The notes below the pieces were generated by a model, which was given only the letters and a program-made list of their open reading frames with translations, did no database searches and was not told the origin of the DNA. This document shows, in pieces, positions 61,151 to 64,000 of a DNA stretch of 64,000 nt; position 1 is the stretch's first letter; each line of letters opens with the position of its first letter. Origin of the DNA: the human T2T-CHM13v2.0 reference genome, Homo sapiens; assembly GCF_009914755.1 (NCBI RefSeq), contig NC_060927.1. One strand, written 5' to 3'. The position numbers and the translations under genes were made by a program.

Positions 61151-64000
61151 AATGGAATGGAATACAATGGAATGGAATGGAATGGAAAGGAATGGAATGG
61201 AGTGGAATGGAGTGGAATGGAATGGAACGGTATGGAATAGATTGGAGTGCATTGCAGAGGAATGGAAAGGAACGGTATGGAATGGATTGGATTGGAGTGC
61301 ATTGCAGAGGAATGGAAAGGAACGGTATGGAATGGATTGGATTGGAGTGGAATGGAGTGGAATGGAAAGGAATGGAGTGGATTGGATTCGAATGGAATGG
61401 AATGCAGTGGATGGAATGCAATGGAATGGAATGGAACGGAATGTTATAGAATGGAAAGGAGTGGAGAGGAGTGGAATGGAACGGAAAGGAATGGAGGGGA
61501 AGGGACTGGAGTGGAGTAGAGTATAGTTGAATGGAATGGAATGGAATGGAATGGAATACTGTAGAATGGTATGTAGTGGAGTGGAATGGAATGGAATATA
61601 ATGCAGTGGAATGGAGTGGAGTGAAGTGGAATGGAATGGAATGCAGTGGAATGGAGTGGAATACAGTGGAGTGGAATGGAATGGAGCGGACTGTAAAGAA
61701 ATGGAGTGGAATGGAATGGCGTGGAATGGAATGGAGAGGTGTGGAATGGATTGGAGTGGATTGAAATGGAGTGGAGTTGAAAGGAATGGAATGGAAAGGA
61801 ATGGAAGGGAAAGGTGTAGAATGGAGTGGAAAGGTTTGGAAAGCAATTGATTGGAGTTTAGTGGAATGGAATGAAAGAGAGTGGAATGACATGGTATGGA
61901 GTGCAATGTAATGCAGTGGAATAGAGTGGCGTCAAATGGAATGGAAGGGAATGGAGTGGAATGGAATGGAATGGAATGGAGTGGAATGGAATGGAGTGGA
62001 AAAGAATGGAAGGGAATAAAATAGAATGGAAGGGAATGGAAGAGAATGCAATGGAATGGAATGGAATGGAATGGAGTGAATTGGAATCGAATGGAATTGA
62101 TTGGAATGTAATGGAATTGAGAGAAGTGGAATGAAGGCAATGGAATGCAATGGAATGAAATGAGAATAAGTGCAGTGGAATGAAATGGAACGGAATGGAA
62201 TGTAGTGGATTGGAGTGGAGTGGAGTGGAATTGAATTGAATGGAGTGCAGAAGAATGGACTGGAATGGAATGGAATGGAATGGAATGGAATGGAATGGAA
62301 TGGAATGGATTAGAATGGAATGGTATGTAATGGAATGTTACAGAATTGAATGGAGTGGAGTAGAATGGAATGAAATGGAATGGAAAGGAATGATGACGAG
62401 GGGACTGGAGTGGAGAAGAATATAGTGGAACGGAATGGAATAGAAGGGAATGGAATGGAGAGCAATGGAATTGAAAACTATAGAATGGTATGGATTTGAG
62501 TGGAATGGAATGTTATCTAATGCATTGGAATGGAGTGGAGTGGAGTGGAATGGAATGTAATCCATTGTAATGGAGTGGAATGGAATGGAAATGAATGGAA
62601 CGCAATGGAATGGAATGGGGTGGGGTGGAGTAGAGTGGACTGAAATGGAAAGGAGTGGAATGGAAATGAGTGGAAGGAAGTGGAGTGGAACGGAATGGAG
62701 TGGACTGGAAACAATTGGAGTGGAATGGAATGGTGTGGAATGGAATACAGTTGTGTGGAATGCAATGGAGTGGAGAGGAATGGACTGGAGTTGAATGGAA
62801 TGGAATGGAGAGGAATAGAATGGAAAGCTTTGGAGTGCAGTGGAGTAGTGTGGAATGGAATAGAATGGAGTAGAGTGGAATGGAATGAAATGCAGTGGAA
62901 TGGCATTTAATGGAATGCAATGGAATGCAGTGGAATAGAATGGAGTCTAATGGAATGGAATGCAATGTACTGGATTGGAATGGAATGAAATGAAATGGAA
63001 TGGAGTGGGGTGGAGAGGAATGGAATGGAATGGAGTGGAATGGAATGGAGTGGAATGGAGTGCAGTGGAATAGAGAGGAATGAAATTGAATGGAACAGAA
63101 TTGAATGTATTGAAATGCATCGAATTGGAGTGGAATGGGGTGGAATGGAATTGAATGGAGTGGAATAGAATGGAATGAAATGGAATGCAATGGATTCGAG
63201 TGGAGTGCTGTGGAATATAATGTAAGGGAGTACAATTGAATGGAATGGAATGGAATGGAATGGAGTGGGGTGGAATTGAATGGAATGGAGTGGAATGGAA
63301 TGGAATGCAATGGAATGGAAAGGAATGGAATGCAATGGAATAGAATGTAAAGCAATGGAATGCAATGGAAGGGAGAGGAGGGGAATGTAGTGCAGTGGAG
63401 TGAAGTGTAACAGAATGGAATGAAATGGAATGGAATAGAATGGAATGGAGTGGAGTTGAAAGGATTGGAATGCAACGGTATGGAACGCAATGGAATGGAA
63501 CAGAGTGGAATGGAATAGAATGGAATGGAATTTAGTGGTATGTAGAGGAGTGGAGTGGAATGGAGATGAAAGTAATGGAATGGAAAGGAAGGGAAATGAA
63601 TGGGATGGAAAGGAATGGAATGAGACTGGGTGAATTCGAGTGAAATGCAATGGATGGAAGTGGAATGGAATGGAATGCAATGCAATGGAATGGGACAGAA
63701 TGTAATGGAATGGAATGCAATGGAGTGGAATGGAATGGAATGGAATGGAATGGAATGGCATAGAATGGGGTGGAATGGATTGGAATGAAATGGAATGGAA
63801 TGGAATGGAATGGAATGGATTGGAGTGGAGTGGAGTGGAATCGAATAGAATGGAGAGGAGCAGAATTGAATGGAATCGAATAGAGTGGAATGGAATGGAG
63901 AGGAATGGAAAGGAATGGAATGGAAAGAAATGGAGTGGAATGGAATTGAATGGATTGGAGTGGAATGGAATGGAATGGGCGGGGATGGAATGGAGATGAG
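61151..64000 (+). repeat. HSat3, GGAGT-rich layer, continuing past the window end
   Basis: GGAAT/GGAGT/GCAGT pentamers to position 64000. Confidence 0.85.

Overview
Eukaryotic constitutive heterochromatin, hominid and most likely human; no intact protein-coding gene, RNA gene or prokaryotic system is present. Three satellite domains are in constant orientation. (1) 1-10303: AT-rich HSat1A (42-bp monomer, ~378-bp 9-mer higher-order repeat) that degenerates toward its right edge. (2) 10301-36308: a 68-bp beta-satellite array carrying four D4Z4/LSau-derived GC-rich inserts: a pLAM-like fragment, a near full-length DUX4-like pseudogene with its pLAM-like tail, a promoter-only fragment and a homeobox-only pseudogene. 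(3) 36306-64000: HSat3 (GGAAT)n, starting with a ~5.5-kb composite block in which 16 copies of a ~60-bp Alu 3'-end fragment form their own higher-order repeat, then alternating TCGAAT-rich and GGAGT-rich layers. The HSat1A / beta-satellite+DUX4L / HSat3 order suggests an acrocentric short arm (inference). Nearly all ORFs in the track are satellite translation artefacts. The most interesting items are the Alu-fragment composite satellite, an open DUX4 C-terminal frame with stop read-through, pLAM read as a second DUX4 5' end lacking its ATG, and 3-nt microhomologies at four inter-family junctions. Comparisons to canonical D4Z4, DUX4 and Alu sequences are from recall, not from an alignment run here.
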